Assembly: GCA_964016885.1 (NCBI GenBank)
Contig: OZ024741.1
Location: 57,474,001 to 57,538,000 of the forward strand
DNA length: 64,000 nt
DNA from: Eledone cirrhosa
Lineage: Eukaryota
Reading direction: 5' to 3'
In this document: positions 38,101 to 45,637 of the stretch, one piece after another
Layout: each line of letters begins with the position of its first letter
Numbering within the stretch: position 1 is the stretch's first letter
Notes under the pieces: model-generated
Seen by the model: the letters and a program-made list of their open reading frames with translations, nothing else
Told to the model about the DNA's origin: nothing
Database searches by the model: none
Translations under genes and position numbers: made by a program

Positions 38101-41100
38101 TGGGTGTCGCTGGCCATTGTGCACAGAAATGCCTTTGTAGTTTTGTCCAAGGGGTGCAGCCCAAACACCACCCTCCCCTAGGTACATAGCCCATTACCCT
38201 CTCCCTTCCTCCCTTCTTCTGTGTCCCAAGTGCCCTTGCTTTTTCCCTCTTTTTCCTCTCATTTATGGCTTTTATAGTCGTTTCCTCTACTTTCTCATAC
38301 AGCCAGATCTGCCTTTCTTTATCCCTTCCCCTTTTTTTCATTACTTGATTTTGCTTTTATCTTTTTTTTATATTTCCATCATTGTACAACTTTTTTATTT
38401 GAAATGTTATTTATATAACTGAGAATAATAAAACTCCTCTGAGATTTCATAAAAAAAGACAAAAGGAAACAAATTGTAATCTAAACGGATATCTAAAAAC
38501 AAACCTTCTAGTCTGAAAGGTACCATGAACTTTTATAAGAAAGAAAAATGATTATATATAGATAACAAATCTATATGGTACTATATAGTTTTTGTAAGAA
38601 CTTTTTTTGTGTTATGTTCTCAACACCAAATAAATAACGAGAATCTTAAGTAATGCATTTCATTAGAAACACAGTAACCAAATGGTTAACCCTTTTGTTT
38701 CCAAGCTTCCTGAAAGTGGCCCTGGTTCTATGATTATTTAAAGTGTTTATATTTATCTAAAAACCTTTCATCATAATTTTATGCATGATCCTTTGTTAAG
38801 TATTGTTTCAAACACCTGTTTGGTAATAAGAAAGTTAATAATATTATATTAGGTTTAGCTGGTCTCCTACGAGATTGCATCTCATAGGTTTCTTAGGTGT
38901 CCTAATATATAACATCATTTAATGTCCATTTTCCCTGCTATCATGAGTTGGATGGGTCATCACAGACCAAACCAGTACTTAATCAGAGCTTTTGACTTCT
39001 CAGAATGGCTCCTCTCAATGGAAAGTTAGATACACATGAAGTGCTTCCACACAGTTTCCATCTACCAAATTTCATTCACAAAATATTAGTCAATGCGAAG
39101 CTATAAAGAAGGAAAAATGGCGACAAGGAAGGTCGCTTGACCACGTCTTGACCAAATAAAATATAATATTTTCACCAAAAACTGCCCTTTAAACACATGT
39201 CAGATGGATTACAATATTCATTATTACAATTACTTTCACTGTTCCCTGACAACTAGTACCAGTTTCAAGATAGAATTATCTTAACGAAGTATATAATTTG
39301 ACTTGATTTTCGCCAACGAACCACGTGTGGACATGGACGGGGAAAAATGAAAAAAAAACAAAACAAATCACTACATCCCTTAAGGATCGCAGTAAGTACT
39401 CCACAAAACATATAAACAACAATATAACGCAGATTTATATACAGATACATACCATATGCATATACACACACGTGAAAAGAAACCACACTATTGCGTGTGA
39501 GACACTATACCGTCCAATTTTACCAATTTACATTGGTAAAATATTTCTTAACATTGACTTCGCTTCTAACCCACATACACCTTTTAATTATATATATACT
39601 AGCAGCTGAAAGTTAATAATTTGAAAAAAAAAATATTATTGAAAGTTTACTATAAAGAAGCAGTGTCAGGGAAAAAAAAAAAAAAAAAAAAAAAAAAAAA
39701 CGTTATTCGCTGTTAATAAACAACTGCCTTCTACAGTACGTTTCATTTAACTTACGCAGCATATTTATTTGTTTACATGCACAGACTCTTCTACACACAC
39801 ACAACATTTAGGAAAACGGAAACAAAATACACAAAAAAAACAGACATTTTATTTCTATCGTAATCAAGTGTGCTAAACCTTTATTGTTTACATTCTGTGT
39901 TTTTCTACGGATGGGTAGAAATAACAAAATTGCCATGGTGATATCCATCGATGAAATTTGCGACAAAACTGGTCGATGTCCAAAAATAGAACATTGCCCG
40001 AAGATCACACCTGCCATATCTGTACGGAACCCGAAAACTCGTTCCGTAATCGTTGGGTCGAATGTGGAACCTGTCGCATCTCTGTCTGCCTTCAATGCGC
40101 CACAGGCTTCCGGAAGATCCCAGGCCAAAATAAGAAACATCACATTGCTACGATGGATAGACTCTGGGAGATGGTCCAGCTAACACTGGTCCTTTCAGTG
40201 CCTGGGCTGTATGCCTGCTTCTCCCATTGCTGCGGAACAACAACAAAGACCGAAGATCGTGTCTTCTACCATTGTTCCTGAACAACAACAACAAAAACCG
40301 AGGATCGTGTCTTCCTCTACCATTGTCGCTGAACAGCAGCAAAAACCAACGACCGTAGCTTCTGCTACTACCCCCGTTGAAGGACTTCATCAACAACAGC
40401 AACCCATGTCTTCCTCACCCGTTACTTTTCAACAACAACAACCGACGACTGTGTCTTCTACCATGCCTGTTGAAGGAGAAGAACAACAACAAAAACCGAC
40501 CGTCAATACGGAGTTTGAGGAAATACGGCAAATGATTTCCGCTTCAAGTCAAGAAATAGCGGAAATAAAATCAAGCGTTCGTGTAGAACCCCACAATGAG
40601 GGATCTGACCGGAGTGCCTTGTTAAAAAATCTCCGCGTACCTCATGTTGAACCTAGACGCATTGAGAATGCCACTGAATCTGCAAACCACGAAGTGATTG
40701 CCATTGGTGTGCCGGAAGACATAGTTGATCTTCAGGCATTTGCTGCCAGTTCATCCAAAGACCTGGGCTGTGCTCCCGCAAAGGGTGCTCTACGCCTTGG
40801 CCGACCAGGCCCGAAACCCAGGTTAATTAGACTGTCGTTTTCAAACTCGGCTGAGGCACGTTCATACCTTGTAGCCTCTGATAAAGCTAGGCGTGAAAGT
40901 CGGATTGCTTTCCGAACACGTCCTGGTCTTCCACCTGATGTCCGCCCAAAGTTGCGTGCTGCAGCTTCCCTAAACCGCAGCTTGGCAGAACATGAAAGCT
41001 TCAGCCTACGAGATGATGGGCAGATATGGAAGTTTGTTAAGGCTGGCGAATCATGGAAAAGAGACACCAGCTGGTCTGAAAACAGTGTACCCACAACAAC

Positions 41101-44100
41101 TGACAATAAAGAAACTGAAAAAACTCTGGGAAACTAAATCAGAACAACCTGCCATCCCCTGCACATAATCATAGACTGGAATCAAAGTACAAACTGTTGT
41201 CCTTGAATGCACGTAGTCTATGCAATAAGATTCATCTTTTTGACTCCTACGTCAAAAGTATCAACCCGGACTTCATTACAGTCACGGAAACTTGGGCACA
41301 TCCCTTACTCTGTGATGGGGTTTTCAGCATGACTGGCTACAACCTGTTTCGTAAAGACCGTATTAATCGTCGTGGTGGTGGTGTAATGGTCTACGTTCGG
41401 TCAAATCTGTCGGCAATTCCTTGTGCTGATTTGAACCAATCACAGCAGGAAGTTTTTTTCTGCGATATACGTATGACCATGTCAACACTGCTACTTGGAG
41501 TCGTTTACCGTCCCCCAAATTACCATCAGGACACTCAACTTTGTGATATCCTCAGAGCTGCTGCCAGGAAGACAGCCACTTATGTTTTCATTGCAGGTGA
41601 CTTCAATCACCCTGAGATTGACTGGGAGACCTTTCGTTGGCCGCCAAGTGCAAATGACTTCCTTGAGCTGGTGCTGGACCCGAGTTGGTCCCAGGTGGTC
41701 ACCTCCCCAACGAGAGGTGACAACACTTTGGACCTACTCTTCACCACTACTCCTGAAACGGTCATTAGTGTTACTGCTGAGGAACCTTTAGGTGACTCTG
41801 ATCATGCTATGATCATTGCCAATCTATCCCTCATGGGCAGTAACAAGAACCACAACCATCTCCAAACTGCTCACTTTGACTGGAATAAAGCAGACTGGAA
41901 CTGTTACTGCACCGAGTTGCAACGGCCAAACTGGCTTGAGTTCTATGACTCTGGAGATGTCAACACTGTACTCCAGAACATCCTGAGCTCAATATGGACA
42001 GCATGTGCAGCATCGGTGCCACGTAAGCGGAAAAAACATCCTAAAAGCGCAATTTGGGAGACTGCAGCAGTCCGTCTTGCCAGAAAAGAATGTTGCAATG
42101 CTGAACGTGAGTACAAACTTCACAAATCAGACATTAATAGGAAGAGGCGAAATAGATCGTCCAACCACCTCAAACAGGTGACAAAAAAGGCAGTGCTTCA
42201 ATTTGAGCAGCGCATAGCAACCAGCCCTGACAGTAAGGTGTTCTGGAAGTATGTTCACTCAAAGCAGAGGCCTCACTCTCCAGTTGGTCCTCTTCGCAAT
42301 CCCCACACAAGCCAGGTTACTGACGACCCCAAGGAATGCGCAGAGCTCATTGCTGAATGCTATGCAGGCATTTTCACCATTGAAGACCAGAATGTACCAT
42401 CTCCACCACCTATGACACCGGACTCTATTACAACCATGGAATTTACACCTGCAATGCTGCGACGTCACCTAAAAAATAAACGCAACCATGCCTCTCCTGG
42501 TCTTGATGGTGTTACGTACCTGCTTCTTAAACGTGGTGGGTACTTCCTTCTACACCAGTTATCACGCTTCTTCCAATTCTGTCTGAACAACAGTGCTACT
42601 CCAGAACAGTGGAAAACTGCCAGTGTAATTCCTCTGTTCAAAAAGGGTGACCGCACATCACCTGTGAACTATCGTCCAGTCAGTCTTACTAGTTGCATCG
42701 CCAAACTGATGGAATCCTGTGTCAGAGAAACACTTTGGAACTTCTGGAGCTCTCACAGTCCTATCCGGCCCTCGCAATTTGGATTTATCCCCAACTCCAG
42801 CTGCTGTGATCAACTTATAGAGTTTCTTGAGGACATCACCCGGATCACTGATGGCGGCTCATGGGTGGATGTTGTTTACCTTGACTTTGCGAAGGCCTTC
42901 AATTCTGTGCCACACAAAAGGCTTATGGCAAAACTCTCTGCAATGGGTGTGAAGGATGATCTTTTTAACTGGTTGAAGTCCTTCATTCTCAGTCGAAGAG
43001 AGGTAGTCACGGTTCTGGGACAGCATTCTTCACCATATGAGATGTCATCTGGTGTACCTCAGGGATCTGTTCTTGGCCCCCTTTTGTTTGTGGCATATAT
43101 TAATGACATAGATGCCAACTTAAGGAATGCCACAGTACTAAAGTACGCAGACGACATCAAGCTGTACCTTGAGATAAAAAGGACAGATCCTGAACACTAT
43201 AGATCTTGCTTGCAGTCTGACCTGGACACAATGCAACAGTGGATCTCAAACTGGCAACTCAAGCTAGCTGTGGACAAGTGCACCACCATGCATTTTGGGA
43301 GTAAAAACCCAGCGTCCACATACTCCCTCCACAGCACTAATATCAAGAAGTCTTCCTGTGAACGTGACCTGGGCATTACGGTCAGCAGCGATTTGCATTG
43401 GACGAGGCACGTCTCTAAAATTGTCAAGAGGGCCGAGGGTGTCTTAGCATCACTCAGCAAGACCTTTGTCAGCCGCTCTCCAGATATCTATTTAAGGCTG
43501 TATACAGCTATGGTGCGACCACACTTAGAATTTGCATCACCAGTCTGGAACCCCTATCTTGCTCAGGACATTGACCGCCTGGAAACTGTTCAGAGACGTG
43601 CAACCAAGCGAATACCCTCCATCAGGCATCTACCATACTCTGAGCGCCTTGCTTCCCTGGGCATGGATTCATTGAAGCTCCGACGCCTGGCAACTGACTT
43701 GGTAAACACCCACAAAATTGTTAACCATGTTGCCAACAACAACCCTGAGTGCCTTTTCGATTTCCATGTGTCTAACACACGTGGACATGCCCACAAAGTA
43801 AGAAAACAGCACAGTTCCCATGACTTTCGGAAACATTTTTTCACGCTCAGAGTTGCTGAAGCATGGAACAAACTACCTGCATCAGTTGTTAGCTGTCGAG
43901 ACACTGCATCCTTTAAGGCCTCCATGCTTCCCGAGATCCGCCAACACTACAGCTAACACATACAAACATGTACTTCCCTGGCATTTGTGTATTATTCTAT
44001 GTACTATATTGACGAGTTGTAGTGCACCTGAGCACTTTACACAATAATTAACTTTGCCTTTCATCCTTACGGGGTCGATAAAATAAAGTACCAGTAATGT

Positions 44101-45064
44101 ACTGGGTAATTGCTGGCCTTGTGCCAAAAGTAGAAACAATTATTATTATAATAGTCCAAGGTTTTGTGCAAAGGAAATTCTGAATTGCATGTTTGCAAAG
44201 TGAATTTCTTAATCAACACAATTTTGCCACTACTCTGTCAATATATATTTTATGATATTGACAATAAGAGATATCAATTGTTCAATAACTTTTTTATTTT
44301 TTTCATACAAACACCTGATATTGATTTTGTAATTTTTGAAAACAATATTCATTATTCCCAACTATGTTGAATCAAGGGAGGAGGTCATGAACTGGAATAT
44401 TTGAGGTCAGATTGTGTTTGGAAATTATTGGATTAAACTGACATGGATCATTTCATATATAGGAAACACAAAGGACAATAATAGTCATGTAAAGTAATAG
44501 GCAGCAAATTATTTTTTATTAATTCTTTAACCCTTTTGTTACCATATTTCTAATGAAAGACATTGTCAGTAATTTTCAAATTTCTTTATTTCTTAATGTA
44601 TAATACAACTTCTTTTAAGAAGCTAAACAGAACAGGAATAAATTACATCCTTATATAATATGACCACAAGAATTGTTAATCACATGTGTTGCAGCACTAA
44701 CCCTTTCATTACCATATTTCTAATGAAAAACATTGCTTATGATTTTTATATAATTTTGAAAATAATTTGGAATTTGGAGGAATTTTCTTATTTAGTAGAT
44801 GTTTGGAACATAAAGGTTCTGACATAAAATTATATTTTTTTTTAAATAGGCAGCTTAGTATTGTAGAACCAGGGGTCATTTCAAGAAGTTTGCAACGAAA
44901 AAGGTTCAATGTCAAACCAAGAAAAACAGACAGTGAGTAATAAAATATGAGCATCTTACCTGGTGACTGTGAGTAGTCCATCGTGTAGTCCTTCTCATAG
45001 CAGTGACAACGAGAGAAATTTCCCCTTGGATTATGTAAATTCCATATTTTGGGGGACCCATCAT
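426..45064 (-). CDS. GBF1: Golgi brefeldin A-resistance Arf guanine nucleotide exchange factor 1 (GBF1), spliced 5' portion: 20 exons, 1020 codons, continues beyond window start
   Basis: Manual exon chaining with GT-AG borders and consistent phases. Peptides match GBF1 hallmarks: [124 protein letters not shown]. Confidence 0.96.
629..840 (-). mobile_element. Older, longer subfamily of the same SINE (also near 6108-6325, 31499-31691, 34705-34910, 45730-45878, 58897-59040, 61020-61180)
   Basis: Same core plus an extra gtcgattaaatcgac palindrome and C-rich segment. Confidence 0.8.
1344..1426 (-). CDS. GBF1: GBF1 coding exon 19 ([28 protein letters not shown])
   Basis: 83 nt, phase 0 to 2; Sec7 C-terminal helix. 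Confidence 0.93.
1549..1800. repeat. Compound (GGTA/GATA)n microsatellite
   Basis: Directly visible. Confidence 0.95.
2090..2215 (-). CDS. GBF1: GBF1 coding exon 18 (Sec7 motif 2, [19 protein letters not shown])
   Basis: 126 nt, phase 0 to 0. Confidence 0.96.
2296..2460. repeat. Degenerate minisatellite, three units of about 60-70 bp
   Basis: Recurring cattgag.tg...ctgtgggcct units. Confidence 0.7.
3847..3970 (-). CDS. GBF1: GBF1 coding exon 17 (Sec7 catalytic motif [10 protein letters not shown]; glutamic-finger codon 3895-3897)
   Basis: 124 nt, phase 2 to 0. Confidence 0.96.
4497..4699 (-). CDS. GBF1: GBF1 coding exon 16 (Sec7 N-terminal part, [18 protein letters not shown]...[16 protein letters not shown])
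   Basis: 203 nt, phase 0 to 2. Confidence 0.95.
4925..5245. repeat. Pyrimidine-rich minisatellite, about 95-bp unit, about 3.3 copies
   Basis: Recurring cattctatttctct...catcactgactat...ttcctcaacacatg.ccaac. Confidence 0.85.
5398..5525 (-). CDS. GBF1: GBF1 coding exon 15 (PTWPQKP...[26 protein letters not shown])
   Basis: 128 nt, phase 1 to 0; leads into Sec7. Confidence 0.9.
5605..5740. repeat. Minisatellite, about 26-30 bp unit
   Basis: Recurring cagaacag.gtacc.ttcaacagcca. Confidence 0.8.
5995..6110. repeat. (GAT/AAT)n trinucleotide repeat
   Basis: Directly visible; a similar tract lies at 23275-23375. Confidence 0.9.
6381..6497 (-). CDS. GBF1: GBF1 coding exon 14 (KSSELGV...[18 protein letters not shown])
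   Basis: 117 nt, ctttcag acceptor and gttggt donor, phase 1 to 1. Confidence 0.85.
7235..7457 (-). CDS. GBF1: GBF1 coding exon 13 ([20 protein letters not shown]..., includes an Ala14 tract)
   Basis: 223 nt, phase 0 to 1. Confidence 0.93.
8017..8126. repeat. Inverted repeat: two 53-bp arms, 4-nt loop, 5 mismatches
   Basis: Arm 8017-8069 compared base by base with the reverse complement of 8074-8126. Confidence 0.95.
8147..8341 (-). CDS. GBF1: GBF1 coding exon 12 (HUS box NYDCD)
   Basis: 195 nt, MYLTKL...[23 protein letters not shown], phase 0 to 0. Confidence 0.95.
8400..10626 (+). mobile_element. 5'-truncated, decayed RTE-clade LINE
   Basis: Fragments [63 protein letters not shown] with stops and frameshifts; (ATG)n tail. 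Confidence 0.93.
11219..12283 (-). mobile_element. 5'-truncated young copy of the CR1-type LINE (3' about 1.06 kb) with a 17-bp deletion
   Basis: Near-identical to about 42987-44050. Ends in acaataatttcac(tat)n. Lacks ggaacccctatcttgct, which splits the ORF into 11712..12374 and 11330..11737. Confidence 0.95.
13670..13768 (-). CDS. GBF1: GBF1 coding exon 11 ([33 protein letters not shown])
   Basis: 99 nt, phase 0 to 0. Confidence 0.95.
14645..14865 (-). CDS. GBF1: GBF1 coding exon 10 (HUS; [19 protein letters not shown]...DEMCRNLFT)
   Basis: 221 nt, phase 1 to 0. Confidence 0.95.
15143..15332 (-). CDS. GBF1: GBF1 coding exon 9 (KSVSETEL...[18 protein letters not shown])
   Basis: 190 nt, phase 0 to 1; VNPRGIRF motif typical of GBF1. 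Confidence 0.92.
15583..15762 (-). CDS. GBF1: GBF1 coding exon 8 (acidic linker EASDKES...RPTNVH)
   Basis: 180 nt, atccag acceptor and gtacgt donor, phase 0 to 0. Low-conservation sequence, so called from splice signals and frame. Confidence 0.8.
15951..16151 (+). mobile_element. piggyBac-like AT-rich MITE (representative; more than 12 full or partial copies in the window, both orientations)
   Basis: TTAA-ccc(t)ttt...accatatttctaatgaaa to gtatcaaa(a)ggg-TTAA termini. Other copies near 20200, 22945, 25400, 33120, 36305, 37250, 37477, 38640, 44697, 56900 and 63040. Confidence 0.7.
16200..16700 (-). mobile_element. R4/Dong-like RT remnant, interrupted by a SINE tail
   Basis: Reverse strand [22 protein letters not shown], resembling NLSMAWIDYKKAYDSVPH. 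Confidence 0.6.
17160..17595 (-). mobile_element. RTE 3' remnant
   Basis: Reverse complement resembles 10170-10620 and carries the catcat tail. Confidence 0.75.
17902..18456. mobile_element. pogo/Tc2-like MITE
   Basis: Perfect inverted termini taccgtatatactc / gagtatatacggta, including the TA target. Related single ends at about 33690-33717 and 46695-46707. Confidence 0.75.
18948..18965 (-). CDS. GBF1: Candidate 18-nt GBF1 microexon (QDSELE)
   Basis: cttattttcttacag|CAAGATTCTGAACTGGAG|gtaact, with a long pyrimidine tract upstream. Phase 0 to 0 fits between exons 7 and 8. No transcript evidence. Confidence 0.6.
19560..20095 (+). mobile_element. Old RTE RT remnant followed by an RTE-type 3' tail
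   Basis: Degenerate [29 protein letters not shown]; cccatgcaagcatggaaaaacggacatgatgatg tail. Confidence 0.65.
20945..21409 (-). CDS. GBF1: GBF1 coding exon 7 (LKMRTG...NNSFQ; basic then S/T-rich linker)
   Basis: 465 nt open frame (ORF 20921..21403). LKMR...KKKRSPK resembles the GBF1 post-DCB segment. Phase 0 to 0. Confidence 0.9.
22293..22402 (-). CDS. GBF1: GBF1 coding exon 6 ([37 protein letters not shown])
   Basis: 110 nt, phase 1 to 0. Confidence 0.95.
23409..23517 (-). CDS. GBF1: GBF1 coding exon 5 ([36 protein letters not shown])
   Basis: 109 nt, phase 0 to 1, tttacag acceptor and gtaaga donor. Confidence 0.95.
24470..24950. repeat. Tandem array of about four SINE-derived units
   Basis: Recurring gttgtcatgtccttgacacaa.tgaagggtcct...ctggatgcccttcctaa...caccagcact. 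Confidence 0.75.
25012..25130 (-). CDS. GBF1: GBF1 coding exon 4 ([31 protein letters not shown])
   Basis: 119 nt, phase 1 to 0, ttctag acceptor and gtacgt donor. Confidence 0.95.
25920..26051 (-). CDS. GBF1: GBF1 coding exon 3 (DCB; [40 protein letters not shown])
   Basis: 132 nt, phase 1 to 1, strong GBF1 motif. Confidence 0.95.
26258..27138 (+). mobile_element. Internally deleted mariner transposon
   Basis: Imperfect TIRs (gagggggctgaaatgttaataggctgacca / tggtcagcctatgaacttttctgctgaccctcgta). Transposase remnants QKWAAEFKR...[39 protein letters not shown]. Confidence 0.9.
27148..28380 (+). mobile_element. Decayed RTE-clade LINE, 3' half, same family group as 8400
   Basis: [42 protein letters not shown]. 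Confidence 0.92.
28418..28690 (+). mobile_element. SINE-like repeat with RTE-derived 3' tail (family also near 31050-31385 and many reverse copies)
   Basis: ggttggtgttaggaagggcatccagctgtagaaa...cccatgctagcgtggaagaacggacgtaaaacgg(tga)n. The tail is similar to the RTE end at 10570-10626. Confidence 0.8.
28853..29040 (+). mobile_element. Full-length copy of the same young SINE
   Basis: Same A and B boxes and 3' end gtgccaaaagtagaaacaattat. Confidence 0.88.
29590..32666. mobile_element. Non-autonomous hAT (Charlie-like) element, 3077 bp, with nested repeats
   Basis: Perfect 14-bp TIR caaaggttctcaac / gttgagaacctttg, flanked by a perfect 8-bp TSD ctctagat (29582-29589 and 32667-32674). Confidence 0.88.
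31397..31776. mobile_element. hAT-like MITE with nested SINE
   Basis: Termini ggggtctcaaac / gtttgagccccctg. The internal ggccattacgtcctggaggagaggcacagtgggcc is shared with the copy at 45640. Confidence 0.7.
32936..33002 (-). CDS. GBF1: GBF1 coding exon 2 ([22 protein letters not shown])
   Basis: aatag acceptor, G|gtaagt donor, 67 nt, phase 0 to 1. Confidence 0.92.
35020..35480 (+). mobile_element. R4/Dong-like restriction-like endonuclease remnant
   Basis: [56 protein letters not shown]. Confidence 0.75.
37782..38460 (+). mobile_element. 3' fragment of a CRE-clade (restriction-like endonuclease) non-LTR retrotransposon
   Basis: [20 protein letters not shown]...EDRKTSKY*...[10 protein letters not shown]...[14 protein letters not shown] resembles the CRE C-terminal pattern (WDAT..DT, K..KY, F.PVA.ET.G, QR.SLAI.RGNA). 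Pyrimidine-rich 3' UTR with AATAAA. Confidence 0.75.
39976..41137 (+). CDS. LINE ORF1 (PHD-like finger, Gln-rich repeats, coiled coil, RRM-like domain) with one frame break near 40183
   Basis: [16 protein letters not shown]...[14 protein letters not shown] in one frame; [14 protein letters not shown]...VIAIGVPE...[17 protein letters not shown]...LGN* in the +1 frame. Confidence 0.85.
41119..43956 (+). CDS. LINE ORF2: apurinic-like endonuclease plus reverse transcriptase, uninterrupted
   Basis: [27 protein letters not shown] and SDH (APE); [29 protein letters not shown] and YADD (RT). The frame is open from 41119; the first ATG is only at 41329. Confidence 0.96.
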   Translation, partial: KNSGKLNQNNLPSPAHNHRLESKYKLLSLNARSLCNKIHLFDSYVKSINPDFITVTETWAHPLLCDGVFSMTGYNLFRKDRINRRGGGVMVYVRSNLSAIPCADLNQSQQEVFFCDIRMTMSTLLLGVVYRPPNYHQDTQLCDILRAAARKTATYVFIAGDFNHPEIDWETFRWPPSANDFLELVLDPSWSQVVTSPTRGDNTLDLLFTTTPETVISVTAEEPLGDSDHAMIIANLSLMGSNKNHNHLQTAHFDWNKADWNCYCTELQRPNWLEFYDSGDVNTVLQNILSSIWTACAASVPRKRKKHPKSAIWETAAVRLARKECCNAEREYKLHKSDINRKRRNRSSNHLKQVTKKAVLQFEQRIATSPDSKVFWKYVHSKQRPHSPVGPLRNPHTSQVTDDPKECAELIAECYAGIFTIEDQNVPSPPPMTPDSITTMEFTPAMLRRHLKNKRNHASPGLDGVTYLLLKRGGYFLLHQLSRFFQFCLNNSATPEQWKTASVIPLFKKGDRTSPVNYRPVSLTSCIAKLMESCVRETLWNFWSSHSPIRPSQFGFIPNSSCCDQLIEFLEDITRITDGGSWVDVVYLDFAKAFNSVPHKRLMAKLSAMGVKDDLFNWLKSFILSRREVVTVLGQHSSPYEMSSGVPQGSVLGPLLFVAYINDIDANLRNATVLKYADDIKLYLEIKRTDPEHYRSCLQSDLDTMQQWISNWQLKLAVDKCTTMHFGSKNPASTYSLHSTNIKKSSCERDLGITVSSDLHWTRHVSKIVKRAEGVLASLSKTFVSRSPDIYLRLYTAMVRPHLEFASPVWNPYLAQDIDRLETVQRRATKRIPSIRHLPYSERLASLGMDSLKLRRLATDLVNTHKIVNHVANNNPECLFDFHVSNTRGHAHKVRKQHSSHDFRKHFFTLRVAEAWNKLPASVVSCRDTASFKASMLPEIRQHYS
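44960..45064 (-). CDS. GBF1: GBF1 coding exon 1 ([35 protein letters not shown]); the exon begins at acceptor 45078 with 14 nt of UTR
   Basis: ttttcag acceptor, tandem ATGATG, CAG|gtaaga donor, 105 nt, phase 0. Confidence 0.92.
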
Positions 45065-45637
45065 GACAGATTAAAGCTCTGAAAAATAAAAGATTTCCAA
45101 TCTATAATTACTGTATCTGATGGGATATAACACTCTCCACTTCATAAACATTTCAACAAAGGATATTAAGAAAACATACATTAGCCTACCTGGTACCTCA
45201 ACTTTACATATAAGAACTGGGTGATATTTCTAATAAGAAAAAAACAGGGTCTTATATGCCACCAAATAGAGTAGTTTTTGGTATTTATGAACAGCACACT
45301 GCAAATTGGTAGAGACGTTAGGGAGTTGGATTAAATGCTTCAGTATTTGTTCTGGCTCAATGTATTTTGAGTTCAAATCCTGCCAATATCAATAAATAAA
45401 TTACTGGGATTGATTCATTCCTCTATTTTGCTCTCTCCTTCTCTAGAAGAAATTGGCTGTGTTCAGACTTGAAGAGGGAAGGACTGCGCAAATTTTAAAA
45501 TGCCATACAACTCCACCAAGTGTTAAGGGCCCATTCCATTTCCCCCTCTTTACATGCATATGTAGCTCTAATATGATTAAAGGTGACTATTTATTTTGAA
45601 GTGCTATCAATGTTTCTGGCTTATTCAAACATAAGAC

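Larger units (their letters stand above)
39111..44050 (+). mobile_element. Near full-length CR1-type LINE (5' UTR, ORF1, ORF2, short 3' UTR), antisense within the GBF1 intron between coding exons 1 and 2
   Basis: Two long ORFs. The insertion interrupts an older SINE that stops near 39110 and resumes near 44156. The 3' UTR matches the copies at 11219 and 60232. Confidence 0.92.

Noticed and set aside
37659-38171. 170-aa minus-strand ORF as a possible extra GBF1 exon or nested gene
   Set aside because: It is the antisense of the CRE-like fragment, and GBF1 exons 1 and 2 join cleanly without it.
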